Source: Podarcis tiliguerta (Eukaryota). Taken from it: DNA of 64,000 nucleotides. The position numbers were made by a program, and so were the translations under genes. Location of the stretch: assembly GCA_965153285.1 (NCBI GenBank), contig OZ229114.1; one strand, 5' to 3'. Shown in pieces: positions 12,420-25,300 of the stretch (positions within the stretch are counted from its first letter, which is position 1; each line of letters starts with the position of its first letter). The notes beneath the pieces are model-generated. The model was given only the letters and a program-made list of their open reading frames with translations. It was not told the DNA's origin and did not search any database.

Positions 12420-12542
12420 ATTAGAGACACCAGCCAAGAACCTTGTGGTCGCTTATCATTTCTGAAAGAACCAAAGACTACAAAGGGTCTGCCGCAAACA
12501 GCTGTTTGCAATTTGAATATCACCTTGCCAGCACACAAAAAG
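12420..12542 (+). CDS. ANK3: Ankyrin-3 exon, end of UPA ([14 protein letters not shown]...NITLPAHKK)
   Basis: tag|ATT..AAG|gtacg, 123 nt, phase 0/0. Confidence 0.96.
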
Positions 12543-12898
12543 GTACGATCACTAAGACTAGTTTAATTTCTTTCTTTTTTTCTTTTTGCTGATTGTAATG
12601 AACCACTAGTAATGTGAATGCTTTGCAATCTGATTAAGCCTGTTTTATGTCTTAATGTTTTCATGTATGCAGAAAGCTTTTTGAGACTTGTTACTGTGGT
12701 GCTGCGTTTCTGCAATTTTTGATTATCGGGTCCTCCGTTTACAATTCATGCTTCAGCTTACAGTTCATATACTTTATGCTTTTAGTAATGTCATGTGTTG
12801 ATTTGCATTCGATGTAAAGTTTTGTTTGTTAATTTATATTCTGTTGACATTTTGGGTTTGTTTTGCCTTTTATAAATTAGCTTGCATTTTTTGTGCTC

Positions 12899-13038
12899 NN
12901 NNNNNNNNNNNNNNNNNNNNNNNNNNNNNNNNNNNNNNNNNNNNNNNNNNNNNNNNNNNNNNNNNNNNNNNNNNNNNNNNNNNNNNNNNNNNNNNNNNNN
13001 NNNNNNNNNNNNNNNNNNNNNNNNNNNNNNNNNNNNNN
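12899..13038. other. Assembly gap (140 N)
   Basis: Run of N characters. Confidence 1.
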
Positions 13039-15541
13039 TTTTACTTTTTATTATAATCAGAATTCTTATCCATTAAAGATATATGGTATCCAAAAAAAAA
13101 AAAAAAAGATTTACTAAACCAAATAAATGAAGCCAATAACATGTGCTTGGAACAATATGAGCCTAGCCTCTGTCCCTCTGCCCTCACTTTTCACTAGACT
13201 TAGATATACTATGTCTTCTGCTTTGCACACAGCAAAGCACCTGACCATTTACCAATCATGGGGAGCTCTTGCATGCTTGCTTCACACAAAGACCCCAGGA
13301 TTCTGCCCTCTCCTCTTTGCGGGAATAGCTTGTATACCCAGAGAGAAAGAGACTACTGGATGCATGCATGAGGTTTTGAAGGAGATCCCTTGATTATACC
13401 CATTGCTATTCATCTAGGTGAGGACCAGCAGAGAAGCTATTTTCCTTCCACTTCCTTAGTTCCAGCTAGACAGTATTTTTAATCCTCTTTAATATAGCAA
13501 ACCACACTGTCTTGCCTGTTCATCCCTCCTCCCAATACCCAATAGGCAACTGGGACCCAGCAAATCCTTTGCTCAGGTATCCCAGGCCTAGTGGTCCTGC
13601 AATAATTACCTTTAGAAGAATGGCTCCTGACTGGAAGCTGCAAGCCACTTGCTCCCTTGGAGGAAGCTGATGGATCAGCACCATGGGATTCATGGTTTCT
13701 GACTGTCGTCTCTGTAAAATTTATGACTCTCTTGTTCACTGGGAGACACAGTGTAAAGGAAGATGAAAGCATGATTCAGGCAAAGTTAAGCACTAATCTC
13801 AGTGGGGGGAAGTTAAGCATGTGCTCTGTTCTCCCACTGAAATCAATAGGGCCTTAAAATGTGATTGAGCTTAGCAGGACAGCATCTTTAGATATTATAA
13901 CAGCCCATGGGTATTGGTTGTCTAAACAAAAAAACCCAAAACTACTTTTTGACTTGTCCTATTTTCTTACCAAACTAAATATACATCTTTAAAAACACCC
14001 CACTATTAGCATCTAGAAACTTTACTAAAAACAGATCTACAACCTGTATAGAGATTTTTGAAGCAAGTTGTAATCTGTTAGTGATTGTAACCTGCTTTCT
14101 AATCTGCATCCCTGCATTCGTGCATATTTATAAAAACCCCAGTCCATTCCTCTTTTCATTTATTTATCTTTGTCCTTTATGTAGTTCCTTTAAAGTAGGT
14201 GTACATTGTGATATATGTGCTTTTGCAACAAACTGATTTTTGAAGAACTTATTTGGGTGGCCTAAGTTACAGCTATAGTGATATTCTACATGTCTAACTG
14301 TAGCCTTGTGTGTGCCAAAAATGATTACTAAAATGCTAGCTGTATGATATGGGGGATTTACAATGATGGTGCTTTGTAATACAAAAATTAAGGCTTAGCA
14401 ACTCACAAAGGTTCCTTAAAGAAACAGGTGTGTGATATTTGGCCATGTTTTACATGTTCTCTAAATTACTAACAATGTTTTTGGTGTTACATTTTGCCAA
14501 CATTCATCTTAATACCATGTGTCTTTAAAATCTGTGTCTTTCACTTTAAGAATGGATAGATCTCTTTCATGACACAAGGCCTGTTAGAGTACTGGTTTTT
14601 TCCTTTCTTTCCAGGATTCCACCTGGGGTGATATTAGGAGCAGGCCTTGGGCTCATGCTGCATCCCACAGCCTTCCCCAGCTTCCCTCAATGTGAACAGA
14701 CAACAGCTAGTGAATGGGAGATCCTATGTTTGTTCTAACAAAGGATCTCTGATCCTGTGAGGCAGAACTCACTTGTCTTATAAGGTCAGGTAGATCCCGC
14801 GATCATACAAAACATGCACCCTCATGCCCTTCAGTCTGTGAGAAGGGAGTAAATGGGTGTGCCCAAAGCCTGCTCCAAGAGGTTGAATCCTAGATTTGGA
14901 TAGCACCTGGTTAGGCCTCAAGATGTTTGTTCTCTCCAAATAAGCTCAAGAAGCTTTAGCAATGAAATGAGAACTTTGTAAATCTATTCTTCAAAGACAA
15001 CACACATCTCATAGTTACAAGACTTGAATGTTGGTAAAATGTAATTTCAGGTGCAAGCTTGGTAGAAATAAGGGATTTGGGGGCAGGCGGGTAGAATTTG
15101 AGTCTGTGAGCAGGGATAACTTTAAAATCATAGAAGTGGATTGGGCTGTAACTTGAACTTAGCTTACTTTATTATTTCATTCTTAAAATTATACCCCTTG
15201 ATTGTAAATAAAATCCTCAAAGCAGTTTATATATGAATGAATGAGGCCTTCGTAGAAAGGGGAGTGTGTGCAGGGGAAGTGTGACAAAAATATACTCATT
15301 CACTTTCATGGCATGACTTTGCTGTGGAAGAAATGAGGTGAAATCCATAATCAGCTATGTAAGTACATTGGTTGCCCTGTCTTTGAGACTGATCTGCTTG
15401 ATAGGGTGATAGGCTAAAATGCTATGCTGAAGAAGTGCTAGTCACTACTCCACTCCCCATATAAGCTCATCGCACACTTTAGTTGCAAATATTCTTCTCC
15501 AAGGTACAATTAGTTCTCCTGAAGATCTAAAAATATGTAAG

Positions 15542-15590
15542 GTGTGTGTGTGTGTGTGTGTGTGTGTAGTAGTAGTAGTAGTAGTAGTAG
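15542..15590. repeat. Compound microsatellite (GT)n(AGT)n
   Basis: Directly visible. Confidence 0.95.
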
Positions 15591-15759
15591 CTTCCCATTT
15601 AAACAAAAACAAACAAGAATTATTGGTATATTCTGTCTGCCACATTGGACAATATTTTGAAAAGTGGAATGTTAATTCATTAATTAAAAGAAAGAAACCT
15701 GCTCTAGACAGCAGCAACTGTATGCTAAAGGTACCAAACAGAAGTATGCTTTGTTACAG

Positions 15760-15841
15760 ACCGAGAAAACGGACCGGCGACAGAACTTTGTGTCCCTTGC
15801 TTTACGTAAGCGCTACAGCTATCTGACTGAGCCTGGAATGA
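15760..15841 (+). CDS. ANK3: Ankyrin-3 exon before the giant exon (TEKTDRRQNFVSLALRKRYSYLTEPGM)
   Basis: cag|ACC..ATG A|gtgagt, 82 nt, phase 0 to phase 1. Confidence 0.95.
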
Positions 15842-18800
15842 GTGAGTTTCTTAACAAACCTACTAATGCTGTAAACTGATCTTTCACAAGAAGAGACATT
15901 TTTTCTATAAATGTCATGTTTTGGTGTCATTGGAAAATGCCTGATTTAACAATCAAAAGTCTCCATTTATCCAAGAACCCTTTGGAGTACAGATAACTTG
16001 GGAAATTCAGGCTAATAAACCATAGTTTGTCTCTTGAAATATCCATGGACTAAAAGGATCAGTAGGGTGGAATCACTAATCAGTACTTCTATAGCAAAAA
16101 AAGACAGGCTATTCTACTTTTAATAAGATGAGATGGTTAAATCATAGTAAGTTTTATGGAGTTAGTAACATATTGACCAGCAAAACACAGATCAAAAACA
16201 CTTTTGAAGAGAATTCTGAAGAGAATGTAGAAGAGAATTACACACTTAAGAGTTCACTGTTCACTGTAGTAGTTTGCACTACCAAACAGATGAGCTGTTT
16301 TTAAAATGTTCTTTATATGTTTGTTTGTTGCATTTTTCCCCAAATGAGCCTCACACATTTAGGGAATGTCCAGCAACATTCCTGCAGATGATTTCAGTGA
16401 TCAAGTTGTGTGGTCCCTGAGGAACCCTGGTCCTAAGTTGTTCAGGGCTTTGTAAATTAATGCAAGGACCTTGTTAGTAGATGGGCACTAACATGGCTGT
16501 AGCAGAGAGCCAAACTATATTTTACATTAGAAATGCATTTTTAAAAATGTGCTGAATCTTTATTTTAAAGGAAAAACAGCTGGGTGGAACCTCAGTCAGA
16601 ATCAGGGCCCAGCCCTGATTTTTCTTCTCAGAATTGTCCCTTGGTGGCTGTTTACCTGCAAATATGTTGTCTGCAGTAAATAGCAACTTTGGGAGCAAAT
16701 AGGGAATATGATCCTGACTGGGACTCAGCATGTTTTCCATCAGCCACCATCCCAACAGGTAGGTTTTTAACTTGTCATGTTGATCCAGAGTTAGCATGTG
16801 TGTATTGTAAATGTAAATACAAATGAAGTAGAACCAACGTACAAAATTTTCAAACTACTACTCACTGTACAGTGGAAAAATGTACACATAATTTTCCACT
16901 GTACAATGGACAGCTCTTAGAGAAGCTGGTCTACCAATGCTTACTCTTTACTGGATAGAACCAGTTGATTATTTTGTACATAATTATTGTTTGGCTTAAA
17001 AAAAACTGACAAAAGTTTGTTTGAAATAATATCAGAGTAATGTCAGACAAAGCTGTGCTGAGAAGGTATTTTTGTTTCCATGCTAGTTCCTAGTGAAGAG
17101 ATTGTGCCTTAATGTGTTTCTGTGTTTTACCATTTAAGCATTCGTGACAAAAGAACTCTGCCATGGGTCATAACATTACCAGTGGTGGCCCTTGCAAATC
17201 AGAGGAGCAGGCAAGTGCCGCTCCCCTTGCCTCCCCTCTTTACATCAAAGACTATGTGAGCCAGCTTCTCCACAATGACACCCATTTGCATGGAGTCCCT
17301 TACAGGAAGGGTTGGGGGGAGAAAAACTGCACAACTGGCTGTTGGTGTAAAGGCATTAGCTGAAGACACATTGAAGCGGCCAGCATCTTCAAGCAGCTCC
17401 TGGGCCTCACCTGCGTCTACCAAGTTCCCCAGCTGGTGGCTTGCCTGCTGGCAGTGGTTGGGAAGGCACCTGCCATTGTGCATTCCCCAGTGCTCTCGAG
17501 CGTCCAATGTAATGTCACTCCAGGGCATCTAGGAAAATTAAATGGCATTTGGTTTTTCAGATGTAGCCAGCTACTGCCATCAAAGCAAGCTCACAGCTGG
17601 GAAAGCAAACAAATACGTGTGTGTGTGTGTGTGTGTGTTGGGGGAAGAGCTGCCTCAGTACATCCTGCCTGGAGCTGCTTTAACATGCAGCTGGCGTTGA
17701 AGATAGAGAAGGAAAATCCTTCTGCTATCCCTCTGAGAAGGCCGCCACTGGTAACTTAAAAGACTGGAGTTCTGAAAGTCATTACTATATTAAAAGATAC
17801 TGGTGATGTTAATCTCAAATTACAGCTTCCTAGAGTTGACATTCCCAGCTAAGTATTTACTTAGCTATTTTTAAATATATATCCCATCTTTTTTTTGAAA
17901 ATAGTCTCCAGGCAGCTTGCACATTATAAAAACACATTATAAAATAGATGATGATAATAATAAATCTTCAAAAATGTAAACAGCACATTAAGACCAGCAG
18001 CCAATATTCTAACAATTTCCATTAGTATTGACACTTTCTATGGGCAGACAAGATGGACTCAACTGGCACCTGAAGACATTGAAGACAACATCAGATGACC
18101 CTGACTGGCAGGGGTGCAGTTTAGTAACCATGGTCCTACCACAGAAAAGTCCCTCTCTTTGGAAGCCCCCTGTTAATTTTGTGATAGGGAAGGTTGAGCT
18201 TGCTTTTCCTTGAACTGCTAGGAAAACTGTCTTCAAAAGGTACCAAGACACTACACCTTGTAGAAAAAGTGTACTCTTCTTTTTAAATGCCTCCTGTGGA
18301 AAGATTTTTGAACATTTGTATATTTTGCATAGTACACCATGCAAACCGTTTTATTCCATGTGCTTGTTTTTGACATGATAAACCATGCATGAATAAAATT
18401 TAAAGTTTGGTTGCTTTGCTTGCTCACGTTTTTTCATTAATCGTATTTCCCATTTTTTATGTATGACAAATGCTTCTTAAAGTCATTTCATGTGAAGCTT
18501 TTTATCTTTTAAGTTTTACCAAGTAAAAGGAATATCGCATGAAAAAGCCAACAAATGCAAAAAGCTTTTTCCCCCCTTTTTGGTTCTTTTAATCCTTGAG
18601 TCAGAAAAGGTCTTGCTCTTATTGGCTTTGTGAGAGTGAAGCATATACAAAATGTGCATGGGAGAGAGAGAAAGTTTTGACTTTATTCCCGTTGCTTCAC
18701 AGTTTGCACATCAATTGCCTGTCACCTTAAAGGTATTTTGGGTTCTGCATGAAATAGTTTGGAGTGGTTTTCAAAGCAGACTTTAGCTACTCAATGTCAT

Positions 18801-19378
18801 TTGCACAAGTTTACACTGTTTTGTGTTAACGAAACTGCTATACAGTAAATATAAGATGTATTAATGAAACTGCAAAGGATATAATGATAGAAATTTTCCA
18901 GAGGACAATTTTGATACTTGCACAAAGCAAAGACATACTGATAACAGGCAAAATGGAGATGAGATACTTAATATCTTAACTTTAGCACATCAGAAAGTCA
19001 ATAGGAAGTAAGAGAAGAATTTTTGGTTGTGGCTATTACTTTGGACCATAATGGACTTCCTTCTATGTGTTTTCTGTTCTTTCATTGTTTGCAGACTCGG
19101 TTGCCTTGTGCTTTCCTGTCTTTCATTTCATGTTGGTTTCTTTCTTTCTTTTTTTAGTTTTGGATCATCCATAATTATGTGACTCATTCCTATTTTTCCC
19201 TACCTGTTTAGCTGTTGATTTTACCTACTTCATTCTAATTCATACAAACAGTTGTACTTGCTTTTTTTGTAATATTACAACGTTTACTGACCAATTTTCT
19301 TCTCTGGTCTCTCTGTTTTTCAATCATTTTTGTTGATTTTTACGTTTGATTATTTTGGTTTAACAATTTAAGAAACAG

Positions 19379-22300
19379 TTGAACGAAGTGCAGGAGCAAC
19401 AAGATCCCTACCTGCTACCTATTCATACAAGCCATTCTTTTCAGCAAGACCGTATCAGTCTTGGACAACAGCACCAATTACTGTGCCTGGGCATTCCAAA
19501 TCAGGCTTCACTTCTCTATCAAGCTCTTCTTCTAACACTCCAACAGCTTCTCCATTAAAATCAATATGGTCCGTTTCTTCTGCTTCACCAATCAAATCCA
19601 CATTAGGAGCCTCCACTACGTCTTCAATTAAATCTGTTAGCGATGTAGCTTCTCCAATTAGATCATTTCGGACAATCTCCTCTCCAATAAAAACCGTGGT
19701 CTCACAGCCTCCATATAATATCCAAGTCTCTTCTGGTTCTTTCGTCAGAGCACCCACAGTAACAGAAGCCACTAGTTTGAAAGGGCTGGCATCCGCATTC
19801 CCCTCTCGGACATCTCCAGTGACTACAGCTGGGTCTCTTTTGGAGAGATCATCCATTACCATGACGCCTCCAGCATCCCCCAAATCGAACATTAACATGT
19901 ACTCTTCAAGTTTGCCATTTAAGTCAATCATCACATCAGCATCACCGCTTTTATCTTCACCTTTAAAGTCAGTGGTGTCTCCTGCTAAGTCAGCAGTTGA
20001 TGCTGTTTCACCATCTAAGGTCACGATGGCTTCATCCCTCACTTCCCCTGTGAAACACACAGTGGGGCATACAGAGGTAGCCATGGTTAACGGATCCATG
20101 TCACCTTTGAAATATCCGTCCCCTGCCAATTTAATCAATGGAGCTAAAGCCACAGCCACATTTCAAGACAAGATCACTGCAGCAACCAGTTCTGCAAGTT
20201 GTGCTGTTAACGCAGCAACTGATACTGTTGAGAAAATGTTTCCAACCACTACTGCAACCCCATTTTCTCCACTCAGGTCGCATGTGTCTTCAACTCCATC
20301 AGCCTTTCAGTCAATAAGAACTACTCCTGCAGGTGTATTGTACACATCTCTTGGGTCAATATCAGCAACTACCTCGTCAGTAACTTCATCAACTATCACA
20401 GTCCCAGTATATTCTGTAGTCAATGTTTTGTCTGAACCAGCACTAAAGAAGCTCCCAGAGTCATCTTCCCTTACAAAATCGGCAGCTGCGTTGCTATCGC
20501 CTATTAAAACATTGACTACAGAGACACGCACACAGCCTCACTTTAACCGAACCTCATCTCCTATAAAATCATCCTTGTTTTTAGCACCCTCTGCTCTTAA
20601 GTTGTCCGTACCATCTTCTTTATCTTCTAGTCAGGAGATGTTAAAAGATGTGGCTGAGATGAAAGAGGACCTAATAAGAATGACAGCGATATTGCAGACA
20701 GATGTAATGGAGGACAAGGAATTCCAGCCAGAACTAACAAAGGAGGGTAGAATAGATGATGAAGAACCTTTTAAAATTGTTGAGAAAGTAAAAGAGGACT
20801 TAGTAAAAGTTAGTGAGATACTGAAAAAAGATGTGTGTTTAGAAAAGAAAGCATCAACCAAGCTATCAAAAAATGATAAAGGACACTCTTCTGAGGATGA
20901 ATGGGTAGAGTTCAGTGCAGATGAGATTGATGAAGCAAGACGGCAAGGCATGACATATCCTCCTATAACTATTCCTGAAAAGGTGCAAATTAAAGCGAAG
21001 GCTGTATCTGAAAAGGATTATAACTTGACTAAAGTCATTGATTATTTGACGAATGACATTGGTAGTAGTTCTCTGGCAAGTCTGAAGTACAAGTTTGAAG
21101 AGGGGAAAAGAGAAGGTGAAGAGAGACAAAAGAGAGTTTTAAAACCAGCCATTGCATTGCAAGAACACAAACTTAAAATGCCTCCAGCCTCCATGAGGCC
21201 TTCTACTTCAGAAAAAGAGTTGTGTAAAATTGCAGATTCCTTTTTTGGAACTGATACTATTTTGGAGTCTCCCGATGACTTTTCCCAACATGACCAAGAC
21301 AAAAGTCCTTTGTCTGACAGTGGCTTTGAAACAAGAAGCGAGAAAACTCCTTCAGCCCCACAAAGCGCCGAGAGCACAGGGCCGAAACCACTTTTCCATG
21401 ATGTACCCATTCCTCCGGTCATTACAGAGACAAGAACTGAGGTGGTTCACGTGATCCGTAGCTATGAACCTTCATCAGAAGAAGTTCCTGAACCTCAAGC
21501 AGAAGAGTCGCCATCAACGAAAACGGCACCTACTTTTATGGAACTGGAACCCAGGCCAAACGGAGGGTCTATCAAAGAAAAAATGAAAGCCTTTCAAATG
21601 AAAGCCAGTAATGAAGATGAAGACCACAAATGTGTTCTTGGTAAAGGTGTCCGTGTAAAAGAAGAAACTCATATAACTACCACTACCAGAATGGTTTACC
21701 ATAAGCCTCCGTGCACTGAGAGTTCTTCAGAAAGAATTGAAGAAACCATGTCTGTTCATGATATCATGAAAGCTTTTCAGTCAGGACGCGATCCTTCCAA
21801 AGAGTTGGCAGGTCTGTTTGAACATAAGTCTTCGGTAACACCAGATGTTAGCAAGTCTACTGAAATTTCACCACAGCATACAGAGAAGGACAGCAAAATG
21901 AAACCCAAACTGGAGCGTATAATAGAGGTCCATATCGAAAAAGGTAATGAGGCTGAACCTACTGAAGTCATTATTAGAGAAACCAAAAAGCACCCAGAGA
22001 AAGAAATGTATGTTTATCAGAAAGACTTACCTCGAGGTGATTTGGAAAAACATGATGCTCTTCCTTGTTCAGATGAACAAGGTCAGCAAGAAGAAGAAGA
22101 ACTGACAGCAGAAGAGTCCCTACCTTCTTATCTGGAGTCTTCTAGAGTAAATACTCCCGTGTCTCAGGAAGAAGACAGTCGCCCTAGTTCTGCCCAACTT
22201 ATGTCTGATGACTCGTACAAAACACTGAAGCTTCTGAGTCAGCACTCAGTAGAGTACCATGACGATGAGTTGTCAGAACTAAGAGGGGAGTCTTACAGGT

Positions 22301-25300
22301 TTGCTGAGAAAATGCTGCTCTCAGAAAAGCTAGATGTGTCTCACTCTGATACTGAGGAGTCAGTTACTGACCATGTTCTACCCCTTAGCTCAGACTTTCA
22401 GGGGCATGATAAACGATGCAGAGAAAAAATAGCCACAGCCCCCCCAAAAGAAATCCTCACCAAAATCTCTAAAGATATATCAGAAAATGGTGTAGGTAAA
22501 ATGTCTAAAGATGATCATTATGATAAAGTGACAGTGTTACATTATACCGGAGATGTTAGTAGCCCAAAGCACGCAATGTGGATGCGCTTTACTGAGAACA
22601 GATTAGACAGAGGTAGAGAAAAGTTGATGTATGAAGACAGGGTGGACAGGACTGTTAAGGAGGCAGAAGAAAAACTGACAGAAGTATCACAGTTCTTCCG
22701 GGACAAAACAGAGAAACTGAATGATGAACTGCAATCTCCAGAGAAAAAGCAGCAGAAAAGGAATGGGAAAGAAGCACACTCTGGCCATAGTTCAACCAGC
22801 AGCAGCCCCGAAAAGGTGACGATTTCTGAGGTGCAGAGTTCAAAGGATGACTGGACTAGAGGAGGACCTTTTGGCCATTGTGGGAAGAGCTTCCCAAAAG
22901 CTGACGAAAGAAAAGCAGCTAGTTTGCCTAGTAGTCCCGAGAGAAGGGCTCTTACACAACAGACTGAGGACTGTAAGCAGTTGATGGAGCAGAAAGGAAC
23001 AGCTCAGAAGAGTAGGACACCCGAGGCTTCACCAACCGGATTCCAGCTGAAGCAATCCAAACTCAGTTCTATTAGGCTGAAGTTTGAACAGAGCATAGGC
23101 TCAAAGAATAAGGACCTACATCATGATGATAAGAAGCAGGACACTCAATCTAAAATCCCAGTGAAAAAAATGCAAGAGAGCAAGCTCCCAGTCTATCAGT
23201 TTTATGCAAGAGAAAAGCATGCGAAAGAGGTAGACCTCGCAGATGGGAGTATAACATTACAGAGGGAATCTCCTGCTAGCAAATTAAAAGATGGTGCCCA
23301 GGGTAAAGGCAAAGCGATGGAAGATGCTGCTGCTTCAGATGTACTCAGACACAGAAATGAAATGCCAAGTAAGAATGTTCCAGAAGGCTTTGCAGAGCAG
23401 AAGCTGAAAGGTTTGGCGTACAGTACGAGCTCAGATACTGCATCAGCCAAGGGGCATTGGGATAAAAAGGTCTATAGGACATGGGAAAGCCCTGGAACAT
23501 TTGCCCATAACACACAAAAAGAAAAACTGTCCCATGTGCTTGTTCAGGATGCAGTAAAAGACAATCACATTGACCACCCCGAGACTAAAGATATGGGCAG
23601 AGCCAGTGAATTCATCACTGTGACAGAGCATGAGCACAAGGTGTCAACGAGTGGGTCCCATTCAAAGGAGGTGAAGGAAGTGACTGTAAAATCTCCATCC
23701 AAAAAGGTCCTTTATAGAGAATATTTTGTCAGAGAAGGAGAGCCCCCCAGTGAAGTGATGGATAAAACCTCAAAGAAAAAAGAACCATTGACTGCATCCC
23801 ACATTCCAGTCAGAATTTCAGAAGAAAAACGAATGTTATCAGCTAGCATTCCCGATGGAGTTCATGAACAGCTAAAACATGCAGCACATGAACTGTCAGC
23901 TAAAGTGTCCCATGCTAGTGTGGCAAAGGAAAAAACTGAGAGGAATTTTGATTATACAGAGCATGTTAAAAATAAGTATTCAGAATTTTGTCAGTTTAGC
24001 AGTAAGCACATCAAATTAAGTCCTCCTATGGAGGATGCTGAGCTATCCCTTAGTAAATCACCTGATTCTTTAGAAAATAGCCCAGGAAAGGAGTCTCCCT
24101 CGAGGGACTTTGACTCTATTCATAGTGATAACTTGGCAAAATCAGCCCCTTTAGCAACAGGTGAGGGAACAAAAGAGATAAAAACCTTACCTGTTTATGT
24201 CAGTTTTGTTCAAGTAGGGAGGCAATATGAAAGGGAGGTGCAACAAGGAAATATTAAAAAAATTGTAAGTCAGGAAAGTAAGACGGTACAAGAGACAAGG
24301 GGGGGCTTTTACACCACAAGGCAGCAGAAACAGCTTCCTTCTCCACAAGGCAGTCCAGAAGATGACACATTAGAACAGGTGTCCTTTATAGATAGTTCTG
24401 GGAAAAGTCCATTAACACCTGAAACTCCTAGCTCAGAGGAAGTGAGTTACGAGTTTACATCTAAAACGCCTGATTCACTAATTGCTTATATACCAGGCAA
24501 ACCCAGTCCTATCCCTGAGGTTTCTGAGGAGTCTGAAGAGGAAGCAGAGGCTAAGTCAACCTCTGTAAAACAGGCCATTGTTGAGCCACCAAAGATTGAC
24601 AGAGTGCTGCCCAGTAGCTTAGACAGAGATTCTAATAAAAGGCCCAAAGGGAACCGGGTTGCGTACATTGAGTTCCCTCCTCCTCCTCCGCTAGATGCCG
24701 ATCAGACAGAATCAGAAAAGCAGCGCCACTCCTCTGAGAGTGAAATGGAGATGATAGAAGTAAACCTACGGGATGAACATGACAAATGTCAGCTGGCTGA
24801 ACCACTCATAAGAGTACAGCCACCTTCTCCTGGGCCACCAGGAGAAGATCTTAGTGACTCCAGCGATGATGAATCCCTGTATCAGCCTGTTCCCATTAAA
24901 AGATACATGTTTAAATTGAGTGACATTGAAGATGGCCAGAAGGAAGGCTCCAAGCATAAATTGCCTGCGAAAAGAGAGAACGGGAAACCTAATGATTTTG
25001 ATCTTAGCCTTGATTCTCCCCAGAATGATATTGCGCAAAATGGGAACAATGACCAGTCTGTCACTGAGTGTTCCATAGCAACCACTGCAGAATTTTCCCA
25101 TGATACAGATGCAACTGAAATTGACTCTCTTGATGGGTATGATCTACAAGATGAAGATGATGGCTTAACCGAGAGTGATTCCAAACTTGCAGGCCCAGCA
25201 GTGGAAATCAAAAAAGACATATGGGCTACAGAAGGCATTTTGAAACAGACTGATCGGTGTTTTAGCCAAAGTAAGCTGGAAGTTATTGAGGAGGAAGAAA

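Noticed and set aside
14595-14700. Strong-looking acceptor TTTCTTTCCAG|G at 14614
   Set aside because: No good donor follows and the peptide is unremarkable; likely cryptic.
17139-17216. 72-nt candidate exon with GC donor (CAG|GCAAGT)
   Set aside because: In-frame stop in the required phase and no other support.
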